Program-made: the position numbers and the translations under genes
DNA from: Chiloscyllium plagiosum
Taxonomy: Eukaryota
Assembly: GCF_004010195.1 (NCBI RefSeq)
Contig: NC_057718.1
Coordinates: 28,744,277-28,808,276 of the forward strand
DNA: 64,000 bases
Direction: 5' to 3'
The notes under the pieces: generated by a model
Told to the model about the DNA's origin: nothing
The model's database searches: none
Seen by the model: the letters and a program-made list of their open reading frames with translations, nothing else
Shown: positions 13,184 to 24,156 of the stretch, in pieces
Numbering within the stretch: position 1 is the first letter of the stretch
How the letters are laid out: the number at the start of each line of letters is the position of its first letter

Positions 13184-13628
13184 CAGACCCTTCGGTCCAA
13201 TTCATCCATGCCGACCAGATATCCAACCCAATCTAGTCCCCCCTGCCAGCACCCGGCCCATATCCCTCCAAACCCTTCCTATTCATATACTCATCCAGAT
13301 GCCTTTTAAATGTTGCAATCATGCTGGCCTTCACCACTTCCTCTGGCAGCTCATTCCATACACATAGCCACTCTCTGCGTGAAAATGATGCCTCTTAGAA
13401 CTGACTCTTTTATGTCTTTCCCCTCTCACTCTAAACCTATGTCCTCTAGTTCTGGACTCCCCACTCCAGGGAAGAGACTTTGTCTATTTATCCTATCCAT
13501 ACCCTTCATGATAGGTTACCCCTTAGCCTCCAATTCTCCAGGGAAAATAGCCCTAGACTATTCAACCTCTCCCTACAGCTCAATTCCTCCAACCCTGGCA
13601 ACATTCTTGTAAATCTTTTCTGAACCCT
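13184..13628 (-). mobile_element. CR1 3' segment (non-inverted part)
   Basis: Minus strand starts RVQKRFTRMLPGLE and runs into the 3' UTR. Confidence 0.9.
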
Positions 13629-14413
13629 AGTCAACATGGCTTCATGTGTGGGAAATCATGTCTCACAAGTTTGATTGAGTTTTTTGAAGAATTAACAAAG
13701 AGGATTGATGAGGGCAGAGCAATGGACGTGATCTATATAGACTTCAGTAAGGCGTTCGACAAGGTTCCCCATGGCAGACTGATTAACAAGGTTAGATCTC
13801 ACGGAATACAGGGAGAACTAGCCATTTAGATACAGAACCAGCTCAAAGGTAGAAGACAGAAGGTGGTGGTGGAGGGTTGTTTTTCAGACTGGAGGCCTGT
13901 GACCAGAGGAGTGCCACAAGGATCGCTGCTGGGTCCATTACTTTTCATCATTTATATAAATGATTTGGATGTGAGCATAAGAGATATAGTTAGTAAGTTT
14001 GCAGATGACACCAAAATTGGAGGTGTAGTGGACAGCGAAGAAGGTTACCTCAGATTACAATGGGATCTAGATCAGATGGACCAATGGGCTGAGAAGTGGT
14101 TGATGGAGTTTAATTCAGGTAATTGCAAGGTGCTGCATTTTGGGAAAACAAATCTTAGTAGGACCTTTACACTTAATGGTGAGGTTGCTGAACGAAGAGA
14201 CTTTGGAGTGCAGGTTCATAGCTCCTTGAAAGTGGTGCCATGGGTAGATGGGATAGTGAAGAAGGCGTTTGGTATGCCTTCCTTTATTGGTCAGAGTACT
14301 GAGTACAGGAGTTGGGAGGTCATGTTGCGGCTGTACAAGACACTGGTTAGGCCACTTTTGGAATATTGCGTGCAATTCTGGTCTCCTTCCTATCGGAAAG
14401 ATGTTGTGAAACT
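13629..14413 (+). mobile_element. CR1 RT segment (inverted 5' part of the same element)
   Basis: SQHGF..IDFSKAFDKVPH..GVPQGS..KFADDTK..YRKDVVKL; ends where the minus segment begins in the CR1 reading frame. Confidence 0.9.
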
Positions 14414-14697
14414 TCTTCAAAAGTTCCTCATAAATTAAGCCTTTTATTCATGGGATCATTCTTGTGAACCTCCTCTGGACCCACTCCAGGGCCAGTATAT
14501 CCTTCCTGACATATGGGGCCCAAAATTGCTCAAATATTCTAAGTATGGTCTGGCCTTATAATGCCTCAGAACTACACCTTTGCTTTGAATTTCTAGTCCT
14601 CTTGAAATAAATGCCAAAATTTGCCTTCCTAATTACCAACTCAACCTGCGAGTTAACTTAAGAGAACCCTGGACTAGGTCTCCCAAGTCCCTTTGTG

Positions 14698-15128
14698 TAT
14701 GAGGAACTTTTGAGGACTCTGAGTCTATACTTGATGAAGTTTAGAATGATGGGGAGATCTAACTGAAACTTACAGAATACTGAAAGACCTGGATAGAGTG
14801 GATATTGGGAAGATATTTCTATTAGCAGGACAAATGAGAACCTGAGAGCACAGCCTTAGAGGAAAGGGAAGACCCTTTAGAATGGAGATGAGGAGGAATG
14901 TCTTCAGCAGAGAGTGGTGAACTTGTGGAATTCATTGGCACAGAAGGCTGTGGAGGCCAGGTCATTCTGCATATTAAGACAGAGATAGACAGGTTCTTGA
15001 TTGTTAAGGGGATCAAAGGTTACAGCTGGAAGGCATGAGAAGGGGGCCATGATTGAATGGTGGAGCAGTCTAGATGGGCCAAATGGTTTAATTTCTGTTC
15101 CTAAATCTTATAGTCTTAAGATCTTATG
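14698..15128 (+). mobile_element. CR1 3' end
   Basis: YEELLRTLSLY..GDLTETYRI; tail of TCTTA(T/A)(A/G)G-like repeats. Confidence 0.85.
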
Positions 15129-15614
15129 GATCGCTACTCCCTGACCATGCAAAGCTTACTGATCAAGCAAAGTACTGAGAAAGCAAAGTTAATGATTTAA
15201 TTCCAGTGACCCTTCTTCAGAATTGATAGTAACAAGGTAAAGGTAGAATATATGCTGATGATTGGGGCTGGAGGGAATGAGCCCAGTGGGACAGAAAGAA
15301 AATTAGGCAGCGAAAGAAATGGTTGCTAATCCAGGCAAAGAGAAAAGATGATGATGGGGACTATGAGTAGGTAAAGCAGCCCATGGCATGTCAGGGCCTG
15401 GGGTGTGGGGTTAGATGAAGAACTTGGAAGGATGTGTTTAGGATTTAACATTATTGAATTCAATATTAAGTTCTGAAAGCTGCAGGGTCCCTAAGTGGAA
15501 ATTGTGATGCTGTTCTTCCAGGTTGCGTTGATCCTCAGTGAAGTGTACAGCAGCCCGAGACTGAAATTTTGTTTGTTTTATTTAACCTAATGAAATAAAT
15601 AAACTACAAAAGCT

Positions 15615-16500
15615 GGAAATTCCTTGTAAAATCATTTTGATTGCTGATGCCAAACCAGGATGTCTCTTTACACCTAGTAAGATCCTTCACCCATTAACAG
15701 AAAATGTAAAAAGACAATTGGAGGACATGATCAATATGGTCATTATTTCCACAGTGACTCAACCTGCAGAATGGTGGTCAAATCATAGGTGCCAGGCCCA
15801 ATGGCTCCATATGGATATGTGCCGATCTCATAAAGCAGTTATGAGAGAAATTCATCCTATGTCTACAGTTGGTGCCAGTTTGCCTAAAATTTCCATGCAT
15901 AGAATATTTGCAAATTGATATGAATGGTGGGCTTACACAAGTCCCACTAGATGATAAGTGTCAAATACTCAGCACCTTCACTAGACCTTTCAGTCAACAC
16001 TATTTCAATAGACTACCCTTTGGTTTTGCTTCTGCACCATAGATTTTCCAATTTACCGTTTCCAACATTTTTATAGTTACTACAAGCATCATATGCCACA
16101 TGGATGATACCCTCATAATGTTGAAACTACCCAGTTCCACAATAGAAAATTAAATGATGGCATTTACAGGCAGCAGGCCCTATGATGAATGACAAATGTG
16201 AATTTCCTAGGGATGTCATCTGTTTTCTAGATAACATCATCAGAAGGATTGAATACATTCTGATTCCCAGAAAACCGAGGCAATCAAAAACTTCCCAACA
16301 CTAAAGTCAGTGCATGATCTGCAATGGTTTCTGTGTATGGTGAATTAATCAACCAAGCTTTTACCACACCACTTATTTCTGAATCCTTGGAAAATTTCTT
16401 GCAGAAGTCACAAACACAGTATTGGGATGCAGAGCAACAGATGGTCCTTCAGAAGATTAAAGACATACTGACCTCCACTGATATCTTTGCCCACTACAAT
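15615..16500 (+). mobile_element. Gypsy (Mag-like) RT and connection remnant
   Basis: PLTENVKRQLEDM..IISTVTQPAEW, KAVMREIHPMSTV, FNRLPFGFASAP, ICHMDDTLI; many stops and frameshifts. Confidence 0.85.
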
Positions 16501-16819
16501 CATAGAAATATAGAATATAGAAGTGGGAATAGGCCATTCGGACCTTTGAGCTTGCTCAGATATTTATTATGATCTCAACATCATGTTCCCTCTGCTCGCA
16601 ACATAGGTCATTTCCACTGAGCCATGTGTCTAGCTATTGAGGCATGTTGGTCACTGTAGCTTTCTTCTAAGAAGGAGAAGGTGGATGCAGGATGACCAAG
16701 GCTGACAGCAATCCCAGGAGCAGCAGCAGGCCTTCATGGATGATAAAGATCACTCAGTTCAGGGAGATATCGCAGCCACAGGGCCCATCACAATATGTAG
16801 GATCTGCAAGAAGCCCAGA

Positions 16820-17285
16820 GATTTCAGCCCCAACTCTATTTCCTGAAGATGAGTGAGATGCAGCACTGATGTAGACTCTATACGTCCCAAGACACTGTGA
16901 TGGAATTATGCCAACTGCTAGAGTAAGACCTGAGGGCTGCAGGAATAGGAGGCCATCTTTCCCAGGTGGCTGTGAGAGGTAACAGTTGCATTGAACTCTT
17001 ACATGACTGACTCCTTCCAAGGAATGACGGCTGACCTGTGTGGGATCTGTCTATAATGCTCCCATAAATGCATCAGGCAGTGACAATACCATCTGTACAA
17101 GATCACAACTGTTCATTTTGATCCCCCATAATAGAAGTCAGTGCTGTAGACCAGGCAGTAAGATTTGGAAACATAACTGCTTCCCTGATGTGCAGGATGC
17201 CATGATTGCACACACATGATGCTGAGACTGCTGTATCACAATGCTGAAGAGCTCATCACAGAATTTCATGAATGTTTCCTGGAGG
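16820..17285 (+). mobile_element. PIF/Harbinger transposase remnant (HARBI1-like N-terminal half)
   Basis: Frameshifted FLKMSE, VAV.VTVALN, SFQG..DLCGI, FPDVQDA(I)DCTH. Confidence 0.8.
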
Positions 17286-17399
17286 TCTTTGCCCATTACT
17301 CTGGCAATGATCCTGGAACACTCTCTTTACCCAGCGTGTTTGAGGGTCTTGGAGCCTTACAGCCTGGTTACTGGTGACAAGGGTAATGGGTCCAGTAAC

Positions 17400-17502
17400 T
17401 CAGTTCTGAAGAAGGCTCACTGGACTGAAACACTGTCTTTGCTTTCCCTACTTAGTTGCTGTCAGATCTGCTAAATTTCTCCAGCAATTTTGGTTTTTGT
17501 TC
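17400..17502 (+). mobile_element. Older Penelope-like terminal fragment with decayed hammerhead core
   Basis: CTGAAGA..GAAAC followed by GCTGTCAGATCTGCTAAATTTCTCCAGCAATTTT; reverse-complement similarity to 12790-12815 and 15200-15225. Confidence 0.65.
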
Positions 17503-18245
17503 CATGAAAGCTATTAATTGATTTAATTCTTGAATTATATTAAACTCTGCCAGCAGTCTTTCACTATCAACATAGCATGTATTCTTTTTTGTACCTGCAT
17601 AGAATACTTTTGCTTACTTATGTTTTTGGCATTTGAATAAAACAGCCATAGTTATTTATGAAGAATTGTATTCTTTGGAATGTATTCTTGATAATGCTTG
17701 TGAAGACATCTCATTCCTTGTTGTTCCTCACTTGTTCCTTGGATAATTTTCTAGCTCATATCATCAAATAGCCAGTTAAATGCTTGAAAGTGGGTCCCAG
17801 CCCAAAAAGCATGAAAACATACTAGTATGAACTAACAGGGAACAATGCTTTAAGGAGAGAAGGGTATCGGATAACATTCCACAAAATTGGAATATTTTTG
17901 TTATATATCCCAATTAGTTACAGCTAAATACAGACCCTTCAATTTTAATATAATTGTTTGATGCGATTGGACAGATCGATGGATGACAGTTAGGAAAAAG
18001 ACATTTCACATGGTTATTTTTATCATCTTTTCAGCTTTTAGCATCCACTTATTGCCACTATACACTTGATGCCATTGTCACTGCCAATGGTTTGTGTTCT
18101 TGTGGTTTTCAATATGTTAGTCTGCATAACATATCTCAAAGAGAGTTGGGTTTGCATTACAACAGATGTCTTGAAATGTATTGACAAGACTAATTACTTA
18201 CATGGCAAATGGTATCACAGACGTATGACATTGCATGCACATAGC

Positions 18246-18866
18246 TGTGATGAAGCTGCTCCTTTAACAAGGTTATGCTGTCCTTGGCTTTCTTTTCCCA
18301 GAGATATCGTAAATGACAGGCTCCGAAAAATCTGGGGTTGAAGGGTTTTAGGGCCAAGTTGATAATAGTTAACAGATACTGCCTCAGGCTTTCAAGTTTT
18401 AAAAAGAAACTTGTACAATGAAAGAGGTGTGGCCAGTTATCCCAGTTTAGCTTTTCTCTGGTTTGGTTTGTTTTAGCAGAGTGTGAAAGAAGGCTGTTGG
18501 ACCCACAGAAGGCATGTCCAGGCTGGTACTCTCTCACTAACTTCTATCCTGTAAGACCCAGTGTTTAGTTTTACTGTTTGAGCCAAGGGGGTTTATGGGG
18601 ATTATTGCAATTGTTTGGAAAGTATCATTAAGTTGGGATAATCTGTGGGGTTTTTGGAGAGGTTAGATTATTCAGTATTCTGTTTTCTGTTGTTTGTGTT
18701 TCATTCAGTACTCTTGTAAATAAATTCTATTTTGTTTAAAACTAAATGGTTTGTCCAGCTGATTCTCTCCTCGAGTATCTGCTTTACACCTGCTTAAAAC
18801 TGCTAGCAAAGTTAGGGTCTGGGCTACCTTCTTGAAATGTTTGAGGCGTCTGGCCTGTCCATAACA
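18246..18866 (+). repeat. 5' LTR
   Basis: TGTGATG...CATAACA; its last ~300 bp are repeated at 21520-21817; AATAAA near 18720. Confidence 0.85.
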
Positions 18867-18869
18867 GAT

Positions 18870-18888
18870 TGGGGGCTCTTTGCAAGAT
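18870..18888 (+). promoter_or_regulatory. Primer-binding site, tRNA-Pro type (degenerate)
   Basis: TGGGGGCTC 3 nt after the LTR matches the start of the tRNA-Pro PBS TGGGGGCTCGTCCGGGAT. Confidence 0.75.
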
Positions 18889-19081
18889 TTGTTCAGTAGT
18901 TCCAAATTGGGATTAGAGTTGTTGGAGTCAAATGCAGCGAGTGGTAGGTGCTAGTGTCTGTTGATCCATGTGTTGATTTTGGTTAGTTTAAACATTGCTT
19001 GGGATAGCAATGGCTCTTTTAGTCACCAAGAGTTGTCTGGGGGTGGAAGAAGTGACCTTGGGGGTTTTATGAAAGGTAATT

Positions 19082-19993
19082 ATGGTCAAGCTGCTGGAAT
19101 TAACAGACAAGCTGGCGTTGGAGCTGTCTCCTTCTGTGAGGGAAGGAGAGATAATTACAACAGTGGCGCAGCATTTAAATTTGCTGGAAACATCATCAGA
19201 AACTTTACAGATGGCTAAAATTCAATTGAAAATGAAGCAGCTTGAGTTAGAGGTAAAAGACAAGGAGTTACGATTAAAAGCAGAAGAGAAAGAAAAACAG
19301 GGAGAGTTTGAACTTTGGAATTTGGCACTTAGACAGGAGGTCAAAAATTTACTTTCTGGTGTAGGGAGAATTCATGAGGAAGACCAAAGAGTTAAAATGG
19401 CAAGATTAGCAGCTGAAACGGCTATTGATTATGAATTGGTCCAGAAATCAAAGTTTGGCTTCCAGAATCAATTTCAATCCACGAGGGATAGAAATTGGGG
19501 TAAAGAGAAATCTTCATGTGGGAAGGGAAAGGTTGATCTCGGTGAAGGTCATAAGGATAACTTACCACAGGGGAAAAAGGAAACCCTTGAAGGGGACAGA
19601 GAAGTTAAAAAGCTCCGGTGTTTTCACTGCAATAAAGTAGGCCACATGAAATCACAGTATTGGTGGGTTAGGACAAGCACTGGGAAGTCAGATGCAGAAA
19701 AACAGAATAAGCCAGTGAATATTGTTGGAGTGGTAATGGAAAGCACAGAGGAGGATAGAAAATTGCACCAGAATGTACAACCTGGACAGAGGTTGGTTAA
19801 GGAGGAAGTGCCAGATCTTGTTAAACCATATACCTGTGAAGATAGAGTTTATTCACATAGATCAGGAACGGCAGGTAAAGAGCATCAGTCTGTGATGCTG
19901 AAAGATGAGAAGATATACACTTCTGAAGGACTATTGCCAGAAAAGGTACTAGTAACAGGAATTCATGTTGAGACAAAAAGTGCTCAGTTGTGA
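19082..19993 (+). pseudogene. gag: Deleted gag-protease ORF of the Gmr1-like element
   Basis: Coiled-coil, then CFHCNKVGHMKSQY (CCHC with last Cys changed to Tyr); protease DTG active site missing. Confidence 0.8.
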
Positions 19994-20379
19994 AAAATGA
20001 GGTTAGAGTGTCTAGTGAGGAGTAGAGAATTCGTGATAGGAGTACTGGACAAACTCTCAGCTCCAGGAGTATGATTTGCCTCGCTAATGATATAGTTGAT
20101 TCACTGGTAGGAGCGCTGCCTACTGTGATTGAAAAGCCAGTTGAAACTCAGGCAGCTGAACTATTGCAGGACACATATCCTGGAATTTTTTCCTGACTGT
20201 GTGGTAACGAGGTCACAAAGTCATCAGTTGAAACAGGTGAGATCAAACAGTACAGATAGCGAAGTTGAAGTGTAATTAGCAGAGACCCTGTTTGACCCTT
20301 CTTGACTAGATGTTTGGCACAAACCAGATGTTTGGCACAAACCAGGAAAAGATAGTTGACAATCATTATCTCAGATACA

Positions 20380-21440
20380 TTAACTGAGTTACAAAAAAAG
20401 ATGAAAACTTAAAGGAATTGTACAAAAGGCATACACAGAAAACAAATCCGAATGCATCCCTGAATATTATTATGTTAAAAATAATGTCTTAATGAGGAAA
20501 TGGAGACCATCACATATTTGGGCAGATGAGAAATGGGCAGAAGTTCATCAAATTGTATTGCCAGTGGAGTATAGAAAGGAAGTGTTGCGAGTGGCTCATG
20601 AGCTACCAATTGGGGGTCATTTAAAAGTGAGGAAAACACAAGCTAAATTATAAAAAACATTTTTACTGGCTTGGACTGCACAAGGATGTAGTTGACTTTT
20701 GCAGGGCATGTCATACATGTCAGGTAACTGGAAAACCACAGGCAGTAATAAAACCCGTACCTTTAATACCTATTCCTGTATTTGAGAAACCTTTTACAAG
20801 AGTCTTAATTGATTGTGTAGGTTCCCTATGTCAAATAAAAAGTAGGAATCATCATTTGTTAACAATAACGGACGTATCAACTAGATTTCCAGAAGCCATT
20901 CCATTATGCAATATCACAGCTAAAAGAATTGTAGAGGAATTACTCAAATTTTTCACTAGATACAGACTACCAACAGAGATACAATCAGATAAAGGGTCAA
21001 ACATCACATCAAAGTGGTTCAAGGAACTTATGGACAGCTAAGGAATAAAACAATTCAAATCTACTGCACTCCATCCAGAGTCACAGGGAGCATTAGAATG
21101 GTGGTATCAGACATTAAAGATCATGTTCAGGACATATTGTCAAGACTATCTGGATGGTTGATATAAGAGATGCACCAAATGATTGACCAAGTTCAGTGCA
21201 TTTGAATTAGTTTTTGGGCATGAGGTGAAAGGACCGTTCAAATTGATTAAGAAGAAATTGGTAAGTCAGAATTATTAGTGTTACTTCCAGTGGTAGGTGA
21301 ACCTTTAAAAGCAAGGTTTAGTGGACCTTATCAAGTTGAAAGGAATTTAAATGAGGTGAACTACTTGATAGGGACTTCAGACAGAAAGACATCTCACAGT
21401 GTGTTATGTGAACATGCTCAAAAGGTATTTTGACAGGGAG
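20380..21440 (+). pseudogene. pol: Integrase remnant of the Gmr1-like element
   Basis: HHCC (AHELPIGGH..CRACHTCQ), LIDCVG, TRFPEAIPL, IQSDKGSN, HPESQGALE, FSGPY; several stops. Confidence 0.9.
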
Positions 21441-21519
21441 GGAAAGCAAGAGGAGAATGTGTTATTGATTACAACACCGAGGAAAGAAGCAGGTTCAGAG
21501 GATTCTGAACTGGACATTG

Positions 21520-21817
21520 ATTTTACCTTTTGTGCCAAGGGGCGTTTATGGGGCTTATTGCAAGTATTTGGAACAGCATCATTAAATTAGGATGATCTGT
21601 GGGTTTTCGGAGAGGTTAAATTATTTGGTATTCTGTTTTCTGTTTGTGTTTCATTCAGTGATCTTGTAAATAAATTCTGTTTTGTTCAAAACGAAGTGGT
21701 TTGACCAGCTGATTTTCTCCCTGACTATCCACGTTACACCTTCTTAAAACAACTAGCAAAGTTAGGGTCGGGGCTACCTTCTTGAAATGTTTGAGGGGTC
21801 TGACCTGGTCCATAACA
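21520..21817 (+). repeat. 3' LTR (5'-truncated)
   Basis: Diverged direct repeat of about 18569-18866, ending CATAACA and followed by TSD TAGC. Confidence 0.9.
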
Positions 21818-23739
21818 TAGCTGACTGACTAAAGATACTACACTGACTCCATTACACAGACAGCGTGACTACAGGCGAGGCAGATAGCTTTAACCAGGAG
21901 GTCACATTTTGTGATGCCATGTAACTTAAGGGTACAGTGCCTGCACGGTCTGGAATCCAATGCAAAATACAATGCTCTTCATACCATATTCTTCCCTTTC
22001 TTATGATAATTCACGTTTTAAGTCTCACGTAAAACGATCAGGAAACAACCTTTTTTGTTGTTTCAATAGTGCAATTTTATAACTAACCACTAGGAGGTAC
22101 ATAAGCACCATATGGGATAAACTGTATTTCAGTTCCCTCTCTTTTCCTGAGGAAAAGTATCTGTATCCCTGTTGGAGCAAAAACAAAATTAGGAAGTTGC
22201 AACATAGAAAATTATATTTTGATAAGTTGTGTTTTTCAATGTTTTAGACATTGAGTTGTGGCTCTGACATCTCGTCAATGTTCAACTCTTAGACGTACTA
22301 AATTATGAGCATGTACGTATCAAACTATGCGGGAATTATAAAAATAGCAATTATTTTAGTATAAGAAATGTACAGCTACTGCAGAAAAGTAAAACTATAA
22401 TTTGCTGCATTCATGCACTGTGACAATCACAGAAATTAAATAATGGAATTATGCAAACATTTAAACTGAAAATGAACCACTTGACATTCAATTTTACCTT
22501 CATTTTTGCTGACATTCCCCCCAAAATATGATTCAGAAAAATTTTTTTTTTTAACCATTTTTAACCTCAGTGGAACAAGAAGATCTCCTTCCAACAAATT
22601 ATCTGAAATTACAGGTTGAGATAAATATGCTAAAGGTAACAGATGCTAAGACTTTTAAAAAATAGCAGAAGCACTGAGGAGCACTAAATATGGACAATTA
22701 AAGGAACGTACAATGAAATATATAATCTCACCACTTAAAAGTGTTCAGGTTTAAATCATTGAAATCAGGCAAATAGTGCGAAATAATACTATCATCATCA
22801 CCACTTACAGTGAGTTAAGTGTGACACGTGTTTTGCCTCCAGCAAGATATATATTGTTACTTGATGCAGCAAAAGTGATGTCATCCCTTGAAACATAACA
22901 AACTGGGTGTGGACAATATTACATTGAAAGATCTAACATATGTTTATTATAGCTGACTATAACAAACAGACACTACATTTATAGGCACGTTTGTGTGTGG
23001 GCTAACATTAATCCATGAAGTTGTACAGAACAACTACAAAGTTGTTCTGTGGTCTTTGTGCCCATATGCCAAGTGCGATGACATAGTGAGCATGTCATGA
23101 GCAGGTGTCTTGACATACTGACTAAGACACAACACAGCAAAGTATACAGGCTATTTCAGACAGAACAGGTGATCAGTAAACAGTATATCTTGTTGGTCTT
23201 TGAAATCGAATTGTTGTTGGGTTACTGATTTTTACGGTTGCCCTAAACTCAAAATAATGTAAATCAATTTTAAATTATAAACTTGTACTAGGAAAGAGGT
23301 AACTTGTTAAAGGATTCAAGCTTGCCTCATCCTTGACTGATTTCAAATTCATATAAAACATTGAAGGAACAAAATACAAGGATAAATATTTCCCACAAAA
23401 TTTGAGGGGAATAATTGCAAGACAAAAATCAAAATATTGTATCAGACAAGGAGTAGGGCAGTTAGCAATATCAGTGGAAATATAAATAAGTATTTAAAAC
23501 TCATAACGATATGTCAAAGAAGTTCATATGACTAAAAATATAGTGAGCAAATTGCTTTAGCATCAACATATTACTGTGATGAGTGGGCCACCATTCCATA
23601 ATAATGGGAAGGTAGAGATGTAGGAATGCAATCTGTGAAATGTTACCGAATTTAAAGTTGGCCTACTGCTAACCAATGTCAAAAGAAAAAAATATGGACT
23701 GACTTCTAGATTTCTGTTGTTTTACATTCTAAAAACAAC

Positions 23740-24156
23740 TTAATAGAAATGTACAAGATGACGAAAAGCATAGATACAGTGGATAGCCAGAAATCTTTTC
23801 CAGGGCAGAAACTTGTTGGGCCGAAGGGCCTGTTTCCACACTGTAATCTCATCTCAATGGCTATCATGAGGGGGCATAATTTTAAGGCGATTGGAGGAAG
23901 GTAGAGGGGAGATGTCAGAGGTAGGTCCTTTACACAGAGAGTGGTGGGTACGTGGAATATACTGCCAGCAATAGTAGTAGAGTCAGATACATTAGGGACA
24001 CTTAAGTGACTTTTGGATAGGCACATGGAAGATAGTAAAATGAAGGATATGTAGGTTAGTTTGATCTTAGAGTTGGATAAAAGATCGGCACAACATCGAG
24101 AGCTGAAGGGTACTGTACTGTACTGTGCTGTACTGTTCTATGTTTTATGTTCTATG
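23740..24156 (+). mobile_element. CR1 3' end with a ~45-bp HE1/HER1 tail nested at about 23811-23855
   Basis: IEMYKM..FTQRVVGTWN; (TATGTTC)n tail; nested TTGTTGGGCCGAAGGGCCTGTTTCCACACTGTAATCTCATCTC. Confidence 0.9.

Larger units (their letters stand above)
12818..14697 (-). mobile_element. CR1 LINE (TAAGACCA-type tail) interrupted by a second CR1 at 13184-14413
   Basis: 3' UTR at 12818-13183; RT C-terminal part resumes at about 14414. Confidence 0.8.
12775..15565 (-). mobile_element. Penelope-like element 3' part split by nested CR1 insertions (pieces about 12775-12818 and 15180-15565)
   Basis: CAGCAGATTTGACAGCATCTGTGGAGAG resumes at about 15180; minus strand near 15450-15530 reads QRNLEEQHHNFHLGTLQLSELNIEFNN, a GIY-YIG C-terminus typical of Penelope. 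Confidence 0.75.
18246..21817 (+). mobile_element. Gmr1-like Gypsy LTR retrotransposon, internally deleted (gag-PR-IN, no RT)
   Basis: TG..CA ends, 4-bp TSD TAGC, two LTR copies, PBS, zinc knuckle and integrase motifs. Confidence 0.9.

Noticed and set aside
19082..19993. 303-aa ORF as a domesticated gag gene
   Set aside because: It lies inside an LTR element with a broken knuckle, deleted protease site and stop-ridden integrase; nothing suggests selection
20309..20346. 18-bp tandem duplication (similar ones near 12325 and 29780)
   Set aside because: Ordinary slippage events in neutral DNA
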